A stretch of 53,206 bases of DNA, from positions 1 through 53,206 of the forward strand of contig JAWQFW010000006.1 in the NCBI GenBank assembly GCA_035968095.1, given 5' to 3'. Below are positions 17,383 to 28,565 of the stretch, in pieces; the stretch's first letter is position 1, and each line of letters opens with the position of its first letter. A model generated the notes under the pieces. It saw only the letters and a list, made by a program, of their open reading frames with translations, was not told where the DNA came from and searched no databases. The DNA comes from Oscillatoria sp. PMC 1068.18. Lineage in GTDB: Bacteria > Cyanobacteriota > Cyanobacteriia > Cyanobacteriales > SIO1D9. A program made the translations under genes and the position numbers.

Positions 17383-18390
17383 ATGACCAAACGTAAAGCT
17401 TTACCTCCCAACTTAATTATCAAACTCGGAAAATTTGTTTGGACAACAATGTGGCAAGTTATGATGTCTAAACTTGCACCGCGTAACTCATCCGGCGAGT
17501 ATCTTCGTCCTAGTAGTGAGTTTAGAAATTGGATCAATAAAGACGCAGAAAACACTTATCAACCAGCTACCGAACGTTACCATCTTTATGTAGGAATGAG
17601 TTGTCCTTGGGCGCATCGAACTTTAGTTGTTAGGGCGTTGAAAGGATTAGAAAAAGCGATTTCTGTATCTGTTGTTTTTCCTTCTCCAGTTGAGGGTGGT
17701 TGGATATTTAATGAACCAGAAAAAGGCTGTCGGAGTTTAGCCGAACTTTATCAATTAGCTAAACCAGGTTACACAGGACGAAATACAGTTCCAATTTTGT
17801 ACGATAAGCAAACAAACACTATTGTTAATAACGAAAGTGCCGAAATTATTGTTATGCTAAACTCAGAATTTAATGAGTTTGCAGATAATCCTAATTTAGA
17901 CCTTTATCCAACAGAATTGCAGGAAAAAATCGACTTCTGGAATGAGAAAGTTTATCACGCAGTAAATAACGGTGTCTATCGTTGTGGTTTCGCCCAAACT
18001 CAAGCAGCTTATAATCAAGTATACGAAGAATTGTTTGCCACTTTGGACGAAATTGACTCAGTATTAGAGACAAGTCGCTATTTGTGTGGAAATCAATTAA
18101 CTTTAGCAGATGTACGTTTGTTTACAACTTTATTTCGTTTTGATATTGCTTACTACGGTTTGTTTAAATGTAATCGTCGTCGCATCCAAGATTATCAAAA
18201 TTTAGGTGGTTATTTACGCGATATTTATCAGCTTCCTGGTGTTGCGGAAACTTGTAATCAAGAAGCAGTAAAACGAGATTATTACGGAAATTTATTTCCT
18301 CTTAATCCTGGTGGAATTGTTCCCCAAGGTCCCGAATTAGCTAATCTTTTAGAACCTCACCATCGCGCCAGGTTTACGGTTTCAGTTTAA
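17383..18390 (+). CDS. Glutathionyl-hydroquinone reductase (GST Xi/omega-like, YqjG/ECM4 family)
   Basis: RYHLY...CPWAHR, TVP.L.DK..TIVNNESAEI, NNGVYRCGFA, LFTTLFRFD. Confidence 0.92.
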   Translation: MTKRKALPPNLIIKLGKFVWTTMWQVMMSKLAPRNSSGEYLRPSSEFRNWINKDAENTYQPATERYHLYVGMSCPWAHRTLVVRALKGLEKAISVSVVFPSPVEGGWIFNEPEKGCRSLAELYQLAKPGYTGRNTVPILYDKQTNTIVNNESAEIIVMLNSEFNEFADNPNLDLYPTELQEKIDFWNEKVYHAVNNGVYRCGFAQTQAAYNQVYEELFATLDEIDSVLETSRYLCGNQLTLADVRLFTTLFRFDIAYYGLFKCNRRRIQDYQNLGGYLRDIYQLPGVAETCNQEAVKRDYYGNLFPLNPGGIVPQGPELANLLEPHHRARFTVSV

Positions 18391-18491
18391 TGCTACAATT
18401 AAAAGATAAACTCTTTAGCTTTGTTTTTCTCCTGAATTAGTAAACATTCACAAGCAAACAGTAATAGTTCAAGAAGGAGATTTAGAAAATT

Positions 18492-18950
18492 GTGGTTAAA
18501 AAATTACAATATCAACAACAAAATTCTCAGCAAACTTTACAAGTAGCACTTGAAGAATATTATGCTAAACATCCGGGTTTAATTACCGAGGATAATAGTA
18601 GCAGTGAAGTAGCAAAACTCTTTCGACTTCATGATATTGCTCATGTAGTTTTTGGTTGCGATACTTCGATTTGTGAAGAAACTTTAACTGATACTTGGAC
18701 GATCTTTGGTTCGACGGTAAAATTTTCCGAATACTTGAAGTATTTGCAATATCCGGAAACTCAAAAACTTGTTCAAGATGTAGGTTATCTCAAGTTATTT
18801 TGGGTATTTATTTTAACTATTCCCGCAGTTTTTCAAGTTATTGCGAGAACGAGAAAAATGAAGCAAAAATGGACTTGGTCAGGTTACGAAGAATACCTAA
18901 ATTATCCTTTATCTCAGATTCGTCAAGAATTTGGAATTGAAGTAATTTAG
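18492..18950 (+). CDS. Coq4-like metal-binding protein
   Basis: HDIAH-x11-E motif; C-terminal PL..IR.EFGI; GTG start with AAGGAG SD. Confidence 0.6.
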   Translation: MVKKLQYQQQNSQQTLQVALEEYYAKHPGLITEDNSSSEVAKLFRLHDIAHVVFGCDTSICEETLTDTWTIFGSTVKFSEYLKYLQYPETQKLVQDVGYLKLFWVFILTIPAVFQVIARTRKMKQKWTWSGYEEYLNYPLSQIRQEFGIEVI

Positions 18951-18954
18951 CTAG

Positions 18955-19890
18955 TTATTTCTGAACTACCAAGGTAGAAAAATCTTTTTGCTGGTAATCT
19001 TGTTGACAAGGAAAAGGTGCTTCGATAAACCAATGTTGGCAATTTTTTGGAGAGAGAGAAGAAACTTGACTTCCCGCGCTGATAAATGCTCCGTGCATAC
19101 AAATATTACCACTATGTTCTCGCAAAATTGATTTTGCAGTCTCGATTGTAAATTTTCCTTGATTTAGCTTGCATAAATGTCTGACTTTTCCTTCTCTTGA
19201 ATGAGGGGAAAGCTGATCTTCGACGCTACCTTCAGAGAAAATTTTGGCAAAGTCAAATTTATCTTTACTCGAACATAATCCCGTTGCGAAAGTATCTTTA
19301 AGTAAGTCTGGATGACGCAAATCACCCTCATTTCTAATACTAAGATTATTAGAAATTGAGCGAGTTCCACTGGTTATTTTTTCCGCTACCCAATACTTTC
19401 CTGCTGTTTCTAATACCCATGCTTCTCGGCTATCAGCAATTAGAAAAGAATTATGATAATTCATTGCGAAGTTTTCCGCACAATTGCCACCTTGACCGTA
19501 TTTATCAAGTAGGCTAATAATAGTTTGGAGAGCTTGGTAAGCTGTTTTACCTCTTTCTAAACCTAATCTTACTAAATCCATGCCTAGTAAGCCAGTATTT
19601 TTGTAAGGTTGAGTTGTCCAAACGGCTTCGTTTCCAATCACAACTCCGGACTCGTTAGCACCCATTTCTGCACCCCACATCCACTGCGGTTGAGAGAGAA
19701 TAACTGCTAAAGTTTTTTCTACTTGGGGAATAGTGATATAAGTGCATTTTAGTTGACTATTTGGGGGATAGTTTTGTGAAGGAATAGTTACTACGTTTTG
19801 TAGTTCTCCTGCGGGGCGGTCGCTATTTTTTCCAAAAATTAAATTGCCATTTTGGGTTACGTCTGGTAAAGCTACAAAAGTATCACACAT
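18955..19890 (-). CDS. Peptidase C69 / secernin-like Ntn-hydrolase
   Basis: N-terminal MCDT nucleophile, FGKNSDR, WMWGAEMGANE.GVVIGNEA, GMDLVRLGLER. Confidence 0.9.
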   Translation of the reverse strand: MCDTFVALPDVTQNGNLIFGKNSDRPAGELQNVVTIPSQNYPPNSQLKCTYITIPQVEKTLAVILSQPQWMWGAEMGANESGVVIGNEAVWTTQPYKNTGLLGMDLVRLGLERGKTAYQALQTIISLLDKYGQGGNCAENFAMNYHNSFLIADSREAWVLETAGKYWVAEKITSGTRSISNNLSIRNEGDLRHPDLLKDTFATGLCSSKDKFDFAKIFSEGSVEDQLSPHSREGKVRHLCKLNQGKFTIETAKSILREHSGNICMHGAFISAGSQVSSLSPKNCQHWFIEAPFPCQQDYQQKDFSTLVVQK

Positions 19891-20255
19891 AATTTAAATA
19901 ATCTCCATGTATTGACAAATTACTTTTGATGATGTACTTTCTTCTCATCATCAAACACCCAAGTGTTTTCATAGCGATAAGGAAAAATTACCATCATCGT
20001 ATTCGACATTTTTGATTTACCAAATTAAGTTCTTTGTTGATTTTACTTGATAGCAATGAAATTTGGATAACCTCCTTAAATTATGTAGTTAAATATTTTG
20101 ACAAATTACTGACTTTTGCGCTCTATTTGCTTGATTTATTGATTAATATTTGCTAATAATTAACAGTTTAGTTAAGAGCATCAATCTAGAGACGTAGGCA
20201 ATTGCTACTCAAAATTGTTAAGATACTAGACTCATGAGAGTTTTGGTGATTTAGT

Positions 20256-22082
20256 TTGGCAAGTTCATCTACCCTAAGTAAAGTTTCACAGAGTAGAAAA
20301 AAGACTCAAGCAAAGCATCCTTTGCAACGTTTATTCAAATATGGACGTAGATATCGTCCTTTAATTTGGAAGGCGGTTATTTGTTCAGTTTTAAACAAAT
20401 TATTCGATTTGGCTCCACCTGCGATTATTGGTGCGGCTGTAGATGTGGTAGTGCAGCAAGAGGATTCTTTGATTGCGCGTTTGGGAATTGAAGATGTTTT
20501 TACACAATTACTGTTTCTAGCAATAATTAATTTAATTGTTTGGATTGGTGAGTCAGCTTTTCAATACGCTTATGAGCGTTTGTGGCGTAATTTAGCGCAA
20601 AATATTCAACACGATTTGCGCTTAGATGCTTATAGTCATATTCAAGATTTAGAGTTGGCTTATTTTGAGGAACAAAGCACAGGTTCGCTGTTATCTATTC
20701 TCAGCGATGATATTAATCAGTTGGAGCGTTTTTTGGATGTAGGGGCGAATGAAATTCTGCAAGTTAGTACGACTGTAGTTATTATTACTGGTGCATTTAT
20801 TATTTTAGTTCCGAGTTTATCTTGGATGGCAATGTTACCGATACCTTTTATTATTTGGGGTTCGATTGCTTTTCAGAAAAGACTTGCGCCTCGCTATGCA
20901 AGTGTGCGGGAAAAAGTAAGTTTACTTAATTCGCGTTTGTCGAATAATTTGAGCGGAATTACAACAATTAAAAGCTTTACAACCCAAGCTTATGAAGTGC
21001 AAAGATTAGCGGTGGAAAGTGAAGCTTATCGACAGAGTAATCAAAGTGCGATCGCGCTTTCGGCTGCTTTCGTTCCGTTAATTAGAATGCTGATTCTAAC
21101 TGGCTTTACTGCGATTTTGCTTTATGGCGGTTTAGCAGTAACACAAGGTAAGGTAGCAGTTGGTACTTATAGTGTGTTGGTATTTTTAACCCAAAGATTA
21201 CTTTGGCCTTTAACTAGATTAGGACAAACTTTAGACTTGTATCAACGGGCGATGGCTTCGACAAATCGAGTGATGAATCTTCTTGATACACCGATTGCTA
21301 TTCACCCAGGAAATGTGCCTTTGGGTAAAGAGTTGGTACGTGGCGAATTAGACTTACAAAATATTACGTTTGCGTACCAAGATCGTCAGCCAGTAATGGA
21401 AAATCTCTCGCTTCATATTCCGGCGGGAAATACAATCGCGATTGTTGGTTCAACTGGTAGTGGTAAAAGTACCTTTGTGAAAATTATTTTGCGTTTTTAT
21501 GAGGTACAAGAGGGAAGAATTAGCCTTGATGGTACGGACATTCGCGAGATTTTCTTAAACGATTTACGTGGGTCAATTGGTTTAGTAAGTCAGGATGTTT
21601 TTCTGTTTCATGGTACAGTGAGAGAAAATATTGCTTATGGTAGCCCAGATGCAAGTTTAAATGAGGTAATTGAAGCAGCAAAAATTGCTGAAGCTCACGA
21701 ATTTATTATGCAGTTACCTCAAGAGTATGAAACAATTGTTGGCGAACGCGGTCAGAAATTATCAGGGGGACAGCGACAAAGAATAGCGATCGCGCGCGCG
21801 GTACTCAAAGATCCGCCAATTTTGATTCTCGACGAAGCTACCTCTGCTGTGGATAATGAGACTGAAGCGGCGATCGCGCGATCGCTAGAACGCATCATCG
21901 AAAATCGTACCACGATCGCGATCGCTCATCGTCTGTCTACAATCCGCCATGCTGACTGTATTTATGTCATGGAATACGGCAAAATTGTCGAAAAAGGTAC
22001 TCACGAACAACTACTAGCAAAAAATGGTATTTACGCCAATTTGTGGCGCGTTCAAACCGGAATTAAAGCCATAGCTAGTTAA
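20256..22082 (+). CDS. ABC exporter, fused TMD-NBD (MsbA/ABCB-like)
   Basis: [34 protein letters not shown]; TTG start uncertain. Confidence 0.93.
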   Translation: MASSSTLSKVSQSRKKTQAKHPLQRLFKYGRRYRPLIWKAVICSVLNKLFDLAPPAIIGAAVDVVVQQEDSLIARLGIEDVFTQLLFLAIINLIVWIGESAFQYAYERLWRNLAQNIQHDLRLDAYSHIQDLELAYFEEQSTGSLLSILSDDINQLERFLDVGANEILQVSTTVVIITGAFIILVPSLSWMAMLPIPFIIWGSIAFQKRLAPRYASVREKVSLLNSRLSNNLSGITTIKSFTTQAYEVQRLAVESEAYRQSNQSAIALSAAFVPLIRMLILTGFTAILLYGGLAVTQGKVAVGTYSVLVFLTQRLLWPLTRLGQTLDLYQRAMASTNRVMNLLDTPIAIHPGNVPLGKELVRGELDLQNITFAYQDRQPVMENLSLHIPAGNTIAIVGSTGSGKSTFVKIILRFYEVQEGRISLDGTDIREIFLNDLRGSIGLVSQDVFLFHGTVRENIAYGSPDASLNEVIEAAKIAEAHEFIMQLPQEYETIVGERGQKLSGGQRQRIAIARAVLKDPPILILDEATSAVDNETEAAIARSLERIIENRTTIAIAHRLSTIRHADCIYVMEYGKIVEKGTHEQLLAKNGIYANLWRVQTGIKAIAS

Positions 22083-22263
22083 AAGTAGCTAATCAAAACC
22101 TAATATTTGTACTTCTTGACAAAGGAAAGCAAATATTTGTGTAGTTCAGATCATATAATAAAGCTTCAGGGTGACTAACAAGCACCCTCTTTTTATTTGT
22201 ACTCAGCAAAATAATTTTCTTGTAATCGCTATTTCCCTAACCAATATTTTCTCAAAATTTTCC

Positions 22264-23019
22264 ATGAAACACCTACTCAGTTTGTGCCTAATTCTTCTCA
22301 TAATTGTACCAGCAAACGATGCTTTTGCCGAAACTTTAACCGAACGTTTAACCCAATATCCAGCTTGGGAAAGTAAACCAAAAGTTGCAGTAGCAAGCGG
22401 AGATTTAGTTTACCCTGACTGGATGGCTGGTACTTGGCAAGTTACGAATATTCTGGTAGATTTAGTAGCACCCTTAGCACCGAAAATTATCACACCTGGG
22501 TTCACTGCTAATCAAAAATATCTCGATGTACCTGTGGAATTCCAAGTGCGATTTAAGCAGCAAAATCTCTCGAAACCAAGCTTTTTTCTCTCTTTACCAC
22601 AGACAAGTAAATTAGGAGTGATTAGCGATCGCGCTTTTAATGGTTTCCAAATTGCCAAAGCTTATTTAGGTAAAAATGCTGTTTTAGCTGTGAAAGTCGA
22701 TCCAGACAATCCTAATCGCCAGATTACCAAATTACAAGGCAATATTCAACTAATTTCCACAGTAACAGGTCGCGCCCAGGAAATGCCAGCAGCTAATCAA
22801 TTTGTCGCAAGTGAAGTGACACAACAGTTGTTTCGTCGAAACTCACAAATTTATCTCAATGAAGTAGAAACAACTACCGCCTATCATCTCTTATCTTCCG
22901 CTACAATTGAAGCTAACCAAGTCACGGCTATTTACTTATCTCCCCAAGACCCTAACTATTTTATCGCTAATGGTCGTCCTGTAGCACTTTATCGCTATCA
23001 TTTAGAGTTAAATAAATAA
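22264..23019 (+). CDS. Conserved cyanobacterial secreted protein (DUF6816-like)
   Basis: The ATG at 22264 gives a signal-peptide-like MKHLLSLCLILLIIVPANDAFA; DL.YP.WM.G.W, DRAFN, EVETTT.Y motifs. Confidence 0.6.
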   Translation: MKHLLSLCLILLIIVPANDAFAETLTERLTQYPAWESKPKVAVASGDLVYPDWMAGTWQVTNILVDLVAPLAPKIITPGFTANQKYLDVPVEFQVRFKQQNLSKPSFFLSLPQTSKLGVISDRAFNGFQIAKAYLGKNAVLAVKVDPDNPNRQITKLQGNIQLISTVTGRAQEMPAANQFVASEVTQQLFRRNSQIYLNEVETTTAYHLLSSATIEANQVTAIYLSPQDPNYFIANGRPVALYRYHLELNK

Positions 23020-23051
23020 TTTAACTAATATTTAATTATGAACATAAATTT

Positions 23052-24122
23052 ATGAATACATTATTTTATCTTGTTAATATCGGTTTACCTCTACTCTTGA
23101 TTTTAGCAACTTTTCTCTTTAGTTTTTATTTTGAACAACGAATTTTAAATAAATTACAAAAGATTGCTAATCGTACTGGTTGGTCTAATAACGAATTCTT
23201 TTTTAAGTCTTTTCGGGGTATATTCATTCTCTGGTTTGTACTTTTAGGTATTTGGTCTGCAACTTTTCTCTTACCATTATCTCCTCAAGGAAACCGTTTT
23301 TTTCAAAAGTTCTTACTAGCTACATTCTTAGGCTCTGGAACTCTTTTATTTTCTCGATTAGCTGTTAGTTTAATTAAGTTTTATGGTAGCCGCGAAGAAG
23401 GTTCGCCTTTAACTTCTTTGTTTGAAAATTTGACTAGATTAATAGTTTTTAGTTTAGGAATTTTAATTATTCTTCAGTCGGTTGGAATTGCAATTACACC
23501 TTTGCTAACCGCTTTAGGTGTAGGTGGTGTTTCCATTGGTTTAGCTTTGCAAAATACCCTCGCTAATCTTTTCTCCGGTTTAAATATTATTACTTCTAAA
23601 AAAGTTAGACCCGGAGATTATATTAAACTAGAAACTGGTGAAGAAGGTTATGTGCGAGATATTGCTTGGAGATATACAATTATTCGTGAATATTACGACA
23701 ATTTGATTGTTATTCCTAATTCCAAATTAGTTTCTGCTACTTTTAAAAATTATACTTTACCTAACAAGGAAATGTTAATCCCAATTGAATGTAGTGTGAG
23801 CTATGGTAGTGACTTGGATAAGGTAGAAGCTGTGACTTTGGAAGTAGCAAAGGAAGTGATGAATTATGTACCCGGAGGAGTAGCTAATTTTGAACCTTTT
23901 TTACGTTACCATAAATTTGATTATTTTAGCATTAATTTTACGATCTATTTAAAAGTGAAAAAGTTTATCGATCATTTGATTATTAGACATGAATTTTTGA
24001 AAAGATTGTATCGACGTTATCAATGGGAAGGAATTAAAATTCCTTTTCCTATTCAAGCTGGTTATTTAAAAGAAAATCAGCAAAAAATTGAGCCAGATTT
24101 TCCCAATACTCCTAGCATTTGA
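23052..24122 (+). CDS. MscS family small-conductance mechanosensitive channel
   Basis: LGVGG..IGLALQ.TLANLFSG, GDYI, IPNS, GI.IPFP. Confidence 0.92.
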   Translation: MNTLFYLVNIGLPLLLILATFLFSFYFEQRILNKLQKIANRTGWSNNEFFFKSFRGIFILWFVLLGIWSATFLLPLSPQGNRFFQKFLLATFLGSGTLLFSRLAVSLIKFYGSREEGSPLTSLFENLTRLIVFSLGILIILQSVGIAITPLLTALGVGGVSIGLALQNTLANLFSGLNIITSKKVRPGDYIKLETGEEGYVRDIAWRYTIIREYYDNLIVIPNSKLVSATFKNYTLPNKEMLIPIECSVSYGSDLDKVEAVTLEVAKEVMNYVPGGVANFEPFLRYHKFDYFSINFTIYLKVKKFIDHLIIRHEFLKRLYRRYQWEGIKIPFPIQAGYLKENQQKIEPDFPNTPSI

Positions 24123-24161
24123 GCGGCGAAAATATTTTCATTTTTTTCAGAGACAAAAACT

Positions 24162-24192
24162 ATGTAGAAACTTAGAGACAACGTTTCTACAT
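24162..24192. repeat. REP-like palindromic repeat copy between convergent genes
   Basis: atgtagaaacttagagacaacgtttctacat. Confidence 0.65.
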
Positions 24193-24235
24193 AACATCTA
24201 AACGATTTTCTTCTCCTTTCAGTTCTACTTTTCAA

Positions 24236-24697
24236 CTACAAACAATCGCTACTCCAGCGCTGAATAACTTCAAAGGGATTAAAGCCACGATAACTGAGAA
24301 AATTGCACAATTTATTTTTAGTTTTAGGGTCGAGATTATGGAAATCAGTTATTTTGTATTTTCGCATCGCTTTGGCTTTTAACTCTTCTAGTTCATTGTC
24401 AAGCAAATCGTCAGTCGTTTCACTCCACACTTCAGTAAATAAATCTCTGGAAACACCTTTTTGTAAACATTTATTCATCACCACAGGTTTGCCATATTTA
24501 CCTTGAGAGGAAGAAATTAAATCTTCAACGAAGCGTTTATCTGATTGATAATCTCTTGACTGAAGATAGTCGATTGCTTCAGTGATTTCTTGAGGTTCGT
24601 AGCCTTTTTCTTTAGCTTTGCGTTGGAGTTCCCAAGCAGTGTATTCACGACGAGATAAAAGCCGCAGAAAATAGTCTTGACAAGCAGATTTCGGCAT
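24236..24697 (-). CDS. recX: Regulatory protein RecX
   Basis: LLSRREY...EL..K, D.RF, G......L..KGV, FL.YRGF. Confidence 0.8.
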   Translation of the reverse strand: MPKSACQDYFLRLLSRREYTAWELQRKAKEKGYEPQEITEAIDYLQSRDYQSDKRFVEDLISSSQGKYGKPVVMNKCLQKGVSRDLFTEVWSETTDDLLDNELEELKAKAMRKYKITDFHNLDPKTKNKLCNFLSYRGFNPFEVIQRWSSDCL

Positions 24698-24707
24698 AAT
24701 TAATTAT

Positions 24708-27700
24708 TTAATGAATAAGCTGTTGTTGTAATTCAAATTTTACTCTTTCATACTCACTTTCGAGTTGAGATAAAAGCGATCGCGCTTGAGTAATATTCTC
24801 ACCAGCGTCAATTTTTTCTAAATCTTTACAAAGTTGGTAGAATGTCATCGCACCGAGAGCGGCACTGCTAGACTTGAGAGTATGAGCGCCAAAAGCAGTA
24901 GTTTCGCGATCGCCCGCCAAAATCGCTACCCGAATTCGCTCTAAATACTTGTTAGTCTCTTCTAAATAGGAATCAACCAAAATTTCCAACCCTTCGGGAG
25001 TGCGATCGCCAATCGCGTCTAAAGTAGCTTGCAAAACTTTAGGATCAATCGCAGGTTTACTCACGGTTACTGGCGAAATCGTTTCTGGTTTAATTGAGCT
25101 ATGCTTAACTTCAGGCTGAGATTTTTGTAAGGCGGTGACTAACGCCTGAATTTGGATCGGCTTACTCAAATAATCATCCATCCCCGCCGCTAAACACTCT
25201 TCTCGATCACCTTTCATCGCATTAGCAGTCATCGCAATAATCCGAGGATGATTTTCCCAACGCTGACAAATTTCTTGAGTTGCAGTAATCCCATCCATTT
25301 CTGGCATTTGTATGTCCATAAAAATCACATCATAAAACTGACGTTCCAGGGCTTCAATAACCTCTAAACCGTTACTAACTACATCAGCACGATAGCCCAT
25401 TTTCTCAAATAATTTTAGCGCCAATTTCTGATTAACAAGATTGTCTTCTGCCAAAAGAATGCGTAAGGGAATATTCTTAGCAAGATTTCGGTCAATTAGA
25501 GATGGTGGTTTAGGCGTTGGTTCGACTTTCACCAACTGTCCACCACAAATTTTTGCTAAAACATTAAAAAGTTGTGATTGTTTTATTGGCTTATTTAAAA
25601 AAGCAGCAAACTCAGTGAACTTTTTCCCATTTTCTGGTTTTCCAATTGAAGTCAACATCACCAAAGGTAAGTTTTCTAAACTAGGTATTTTACGGATTTT
25701 TTTACCAAGAGTAATCCCATCCATTTCCGGCATTTGTAAATCTACGATCGCTAAATCGAATTTTTCTTCTTGCAACACTTTTAAAGCTTTCGCACCAGAA
25801 TCAACTGTCAAAGACTTTGCTCCCCAAGATTCTGCCTGTTTGAATAAAATTTGTCGATTAGTTGCATTATCATCAACTATCAGCAGTTTTTTGCCAACTA
25901 ACTGCGATTTACTAATCATTACTTCTTCCAAAGATGAACTAGGAACAGCCTTTGTCGCTATCGTAAAATAGAAAGTTGAGCCAACATCAACCTGACTTTC
26001 TACCCACATTTTGCCGCCCATAATTTCACACAATTGTTTGCTAATCGCTAAACCAAGTCCAGTACCCCCATATCTACGCGTAATAGAAGAATCTACTTGA
26101 GTAAAAGGTTTAAATAAACGATGTAAACGTTTTTGAGAAATTCCAATTCCTGTATCTTTAACTACAAAACAAATTTCATAATTTTCTAGTTCATGAAGTG
26201 GTTTTGAGCTAACAGAAACAATCACCTCTCCAGTTTCAGTAAATTTAATCGCATTACTTAGTAAATTTACTAAAATTTGTCTGACTCTGGTAACATCACC
26301 TTGAATTAAATGAGGTGTTTCTGGATTAATTTGATAAGCTAATTCAAGATTTTTCTCCGCAGCCTTGGAAGCAAGTAAATCAAGAGATTCTTCTACACAA
26401 ACTCTCAAATCAAAAGAAACTTCTTCTAACTCTAACTTACCCGATTCAATTTTCGAGAAGTCAAGAATATCATTAATAACTGTTAGGAGTGCATCGCCAC
26501 TATTACGGATAGTTTTCACAAAGTATTGTTGTTCCGAATTGAGGACAGTATCTAACAGCAATCCTGTCATCCCAATTACTGCATTCATTGGTGTGCGAAT
26601 TTCGTGACTCATGGTTGCCAAAAACTCACTTTTAGCTCGCATTCCGGCTAAAGCGCGATCGCGGGCTTGGGCTAATTCCACGGCGACGATTTCGCTTTCA
26701 ATTTTACCTCCAATCCATTGCGCCATTAATCTCAGTAATTCTTTTTCAATCGCTTTAAATGGTTTTTCACGAGCTTCGGTACTACAAAAGTTTAAAGTAC
26801 CATAAATTTTCCCATGAACAACTACAGGAGTACCAAGATAAGTTTCTAATTTCAAAGCATCATAGCAAGGATGATTTTGCCAATGATGGTGGTTTCCTGC
26901 ACCAAGAATACACAAAGGCTTTTTGGCTAATATAGTTTCGTGACAATAGGTTTGGCGTAAATCTAAAATTGTTCCTTTAATGTGTAAATTATTTGGTAAT
27001 TGGGCAGCAGTTATTTGATATTTGTCACCTTCAATTTTTGCTAAAATACCTATTTCTAAATTAAATTGTTTTCTACCCATCGTTAGTAAATTTTCTACTG
27101 ATTCGGTAAAATTGTGACATCTCGAAGTCGTTACTTTACATAAAGCTCGAATAGCAGTTTCGCTTTCTCTGAGTTCAGTTTCGGCATCTACTCGGTCGGT
27201 AATATCTATTGAAACACCCATCACTGCGGCTGTATTTAATTCATTAATAAAAAAGGGAATTTTCGTAGTTGATAAAATTCTTGAATTCCCTTCAATGTCA
27301 GTAAAGTTTTCTGACTCAATGTGTTTAGATTCGCCACTATTAATTACTTCTAAGTCATCAGCACGAAACTTATATGATTCTTGTCGAGAGAGGGCAAAGT
27401 CAACATCTTTTTTGCCCAGTAATTTTTCTACAGTTGTACCATAGGCTTCAGCGAGAGCGCGATTTGCAAGCAGATATTCTCCTCTTTCATTTTTGGCGAA
27501 AATAAAGTGAGGTACTAAATCAATTACTTGACGTAATTTTGCTTCACTATTTTGTAATTGCGCTTCTACTTGTTTGCGAACGCTAATATCTTGAACAAAA
27601 CCTTCGTAATAAAGTAATTTACCGTTAGAATCTCGAACTCCACGAACATTTTCAGAAATCCAAACTTGACTTCCATCGCGACGATATACTTGGGATTCAA

Positions 27701-28448
27701 AATTCTGTACTGCACCATCTAAGTTAATTAGTTCAATAAAATCCTGACGCTTACTTTTATTAACGTAAAGTTGTTCTTCCACATTGGTACATTCTGCAAG
27801 TAAAGTTTTTGGTGAGTCGTATCCATACATTTTAGCTAAAGCAGGATTAGCACTTAAATAGCGCCCCTCCGGTGTGGTTTGAAAAATTCCACTAACGGCA
27901 TTTTCAAAGATACTTCGATATTTAGCTTCTGTTTGTTGTAGCGCTATTTCTACCTGGGATCGCTCGTGGATTTGGTCTTCTAATTGATTATTTAAATTTT
28001 TAACTTCTGCTTCGGCTTGCTTACGGGCTTTGTTTTCTTCAGTTAAGGTTTGATTTGCTATTTCTATTGCTTCTAAACTTGGTAAAATTAGTGCTTGAAG
28101 CATTAATTTCCCTACTTTCAGTGCTGTATAAATCGAGATCATTGCCGTGATTGCTTTGAAGCTACCAGAAAGCCAATAAATCGGAAACCATAAAGTCACA
28201 ATTTCCATCAAATAAGTTGTTCCGCAAGCGAGCAGGAAAACTCCAAAGAAGATCAAGATGTCCAGGAAAGGGAGATCTCGTCTTTTTCGCTGAAAAAATA
28301 ATAAAAGTGAGGCAATTGAATAGTAAGCAACCGCGATCGCTAAATCTGAAACTATGTGCAATAACACTAAGTTAGGACTCCACGCAGAACATTCTCCATT
28401 AAGCAGGAAATAGCGGCTACCTAAGATGTTTAGCAATAAATCTTGCAT
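24708..28448 (-). CDS. Hybrid sensor histidine kinase: ethylene-receptor-like TM domain, 2x PAS, GAF, HisKA, HATPase, 2x REC, Hpt
   Basis: [12 protein letters not shown]...LACGTT; [14 protein letters not shown]; GGTGLGL; DLQMP and DIQMP receivers; AHTLKSSS Hpt. Confidence 0.92.
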   Translation of the reverse strand: MQDLLLNILGSRYFLLNGECSAWSPNLVLLHIVSDLAIAVAYYSIASLLLFFQRKRRDLPFLDILIFFGVFLLACGTTYLMEIVTLWFPIYWLSGSFKAITAMISIYTALKVGKLMLQALILPSLEAIEIANQTLTEENKARKQAEAEVKNLNNQLEDQIHERSQVEIALQQTEAKYRSIFENAVSGIFQTTPEGRYLSANPALAKMYGYDSPKTLLAECTNVEEQLYVNKSKRQDFIELINLDGAVQNFESQVYRRDGSQVWISENVRGVRDSNGKLLYYEGFVQDISVRKQVEAQLQNSEAKLRQVIDLVPHFIFAKNERGEYLLANRALAEAYGTTVEKLLGKKDVDFALSRQESYKFRADDLEVINSGESKHIESENFTDIEGNSRILSTTKIPFFINELNTAAVMGVSIDITDRVDAETELRESETAIRALCKVTTSRCHNFTESVENLLTMGRKQFNLEIGILAKIEGDKYQITAAQLPNNLHIKGTILDLRQTYCHETILAKKPLCILGAGNHHHWQNHPCYDALKLETYLGTPVVVHGKIYGTLNFCSTEAREKPFKAIEKELLRLMAQWIGGKIESEIVAVELAQARDRALAGMRAKSEFLATMSHEIRTPMNAVIGMTGLLLDTVLNSEQQYFVKTIRNSGDALLTVINDILDFSKIESGKLELEEVSFDLRVCVEESLDLLASKAAEKNLELAYQINPETPHLIQGDVTRVRQILVNLLSNAIKFTETGEVIVSVSSKPLHELENYEICFVVKDTGIGISQKRLHRLFKPFTQVDSSITRRYGGTGLGLAISKQLCEIMGGKMWVESQVDVGSTFYFTIATKAVPSSSLEEVMISKSQLVGKKLLIVDDNATNRQILFKQAESWGAKSLTVDSGAKALKVLQEEKFDLAIVDLQMPEMDGITLGKKIRKIPSLENLPLVMLTSIGKPENGKKFTEFAAFLNKPIKQSQLFNVLAKICGGQLVKVEPTPKPPSLIDRNLAKNIPLRILLAEDNLVNQKLALKLFEKMGYRADVVSNGLEVIEALERQFYDVIFMDIQMPEMDGITATQEICQRWENHPRIIAMTANAMKGDREECLAAGMDDYLSKPIQIQALVTALQKSQPEVKHSSIKPETISPVTVSKPAIDPKVLQATLDAIGDRTPEGLEILVDSYLEETNKYLERIRVAILAGDRETTAFGAHTLKSSSAALGAMTFYQLCKDLEKIDAGENITQARSLLSQLESEYERVKFELQQQLIH

Positions 28449-28565
28449 AAATTAAATTTTCCCTATTTCGTTGCTGGTCAAAAAAGCTCTTTCAGCTTAT
28501 TTCGCTCAAAAAAATTTTAGCTAAAAATAACTCTTAAACTTGTATAACTTATTTTAATTTATTAA

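Noticed and set aside
21786-21925. Four HIP1 sites in 140 bp, including a tandem pair at 21870-21885
   Set aside because: Explained by Ala-Ile-Ala/Arg-Ser codons in the ABC domain being recoded to HIP1; not a separate element.
22171-22263. ORF-track GTG start for the DUF6816-like gene
   Set aside because: The ATG at 22264 places a signal-peptide-like sequence at the N-terminus; the extension looks non-coding.
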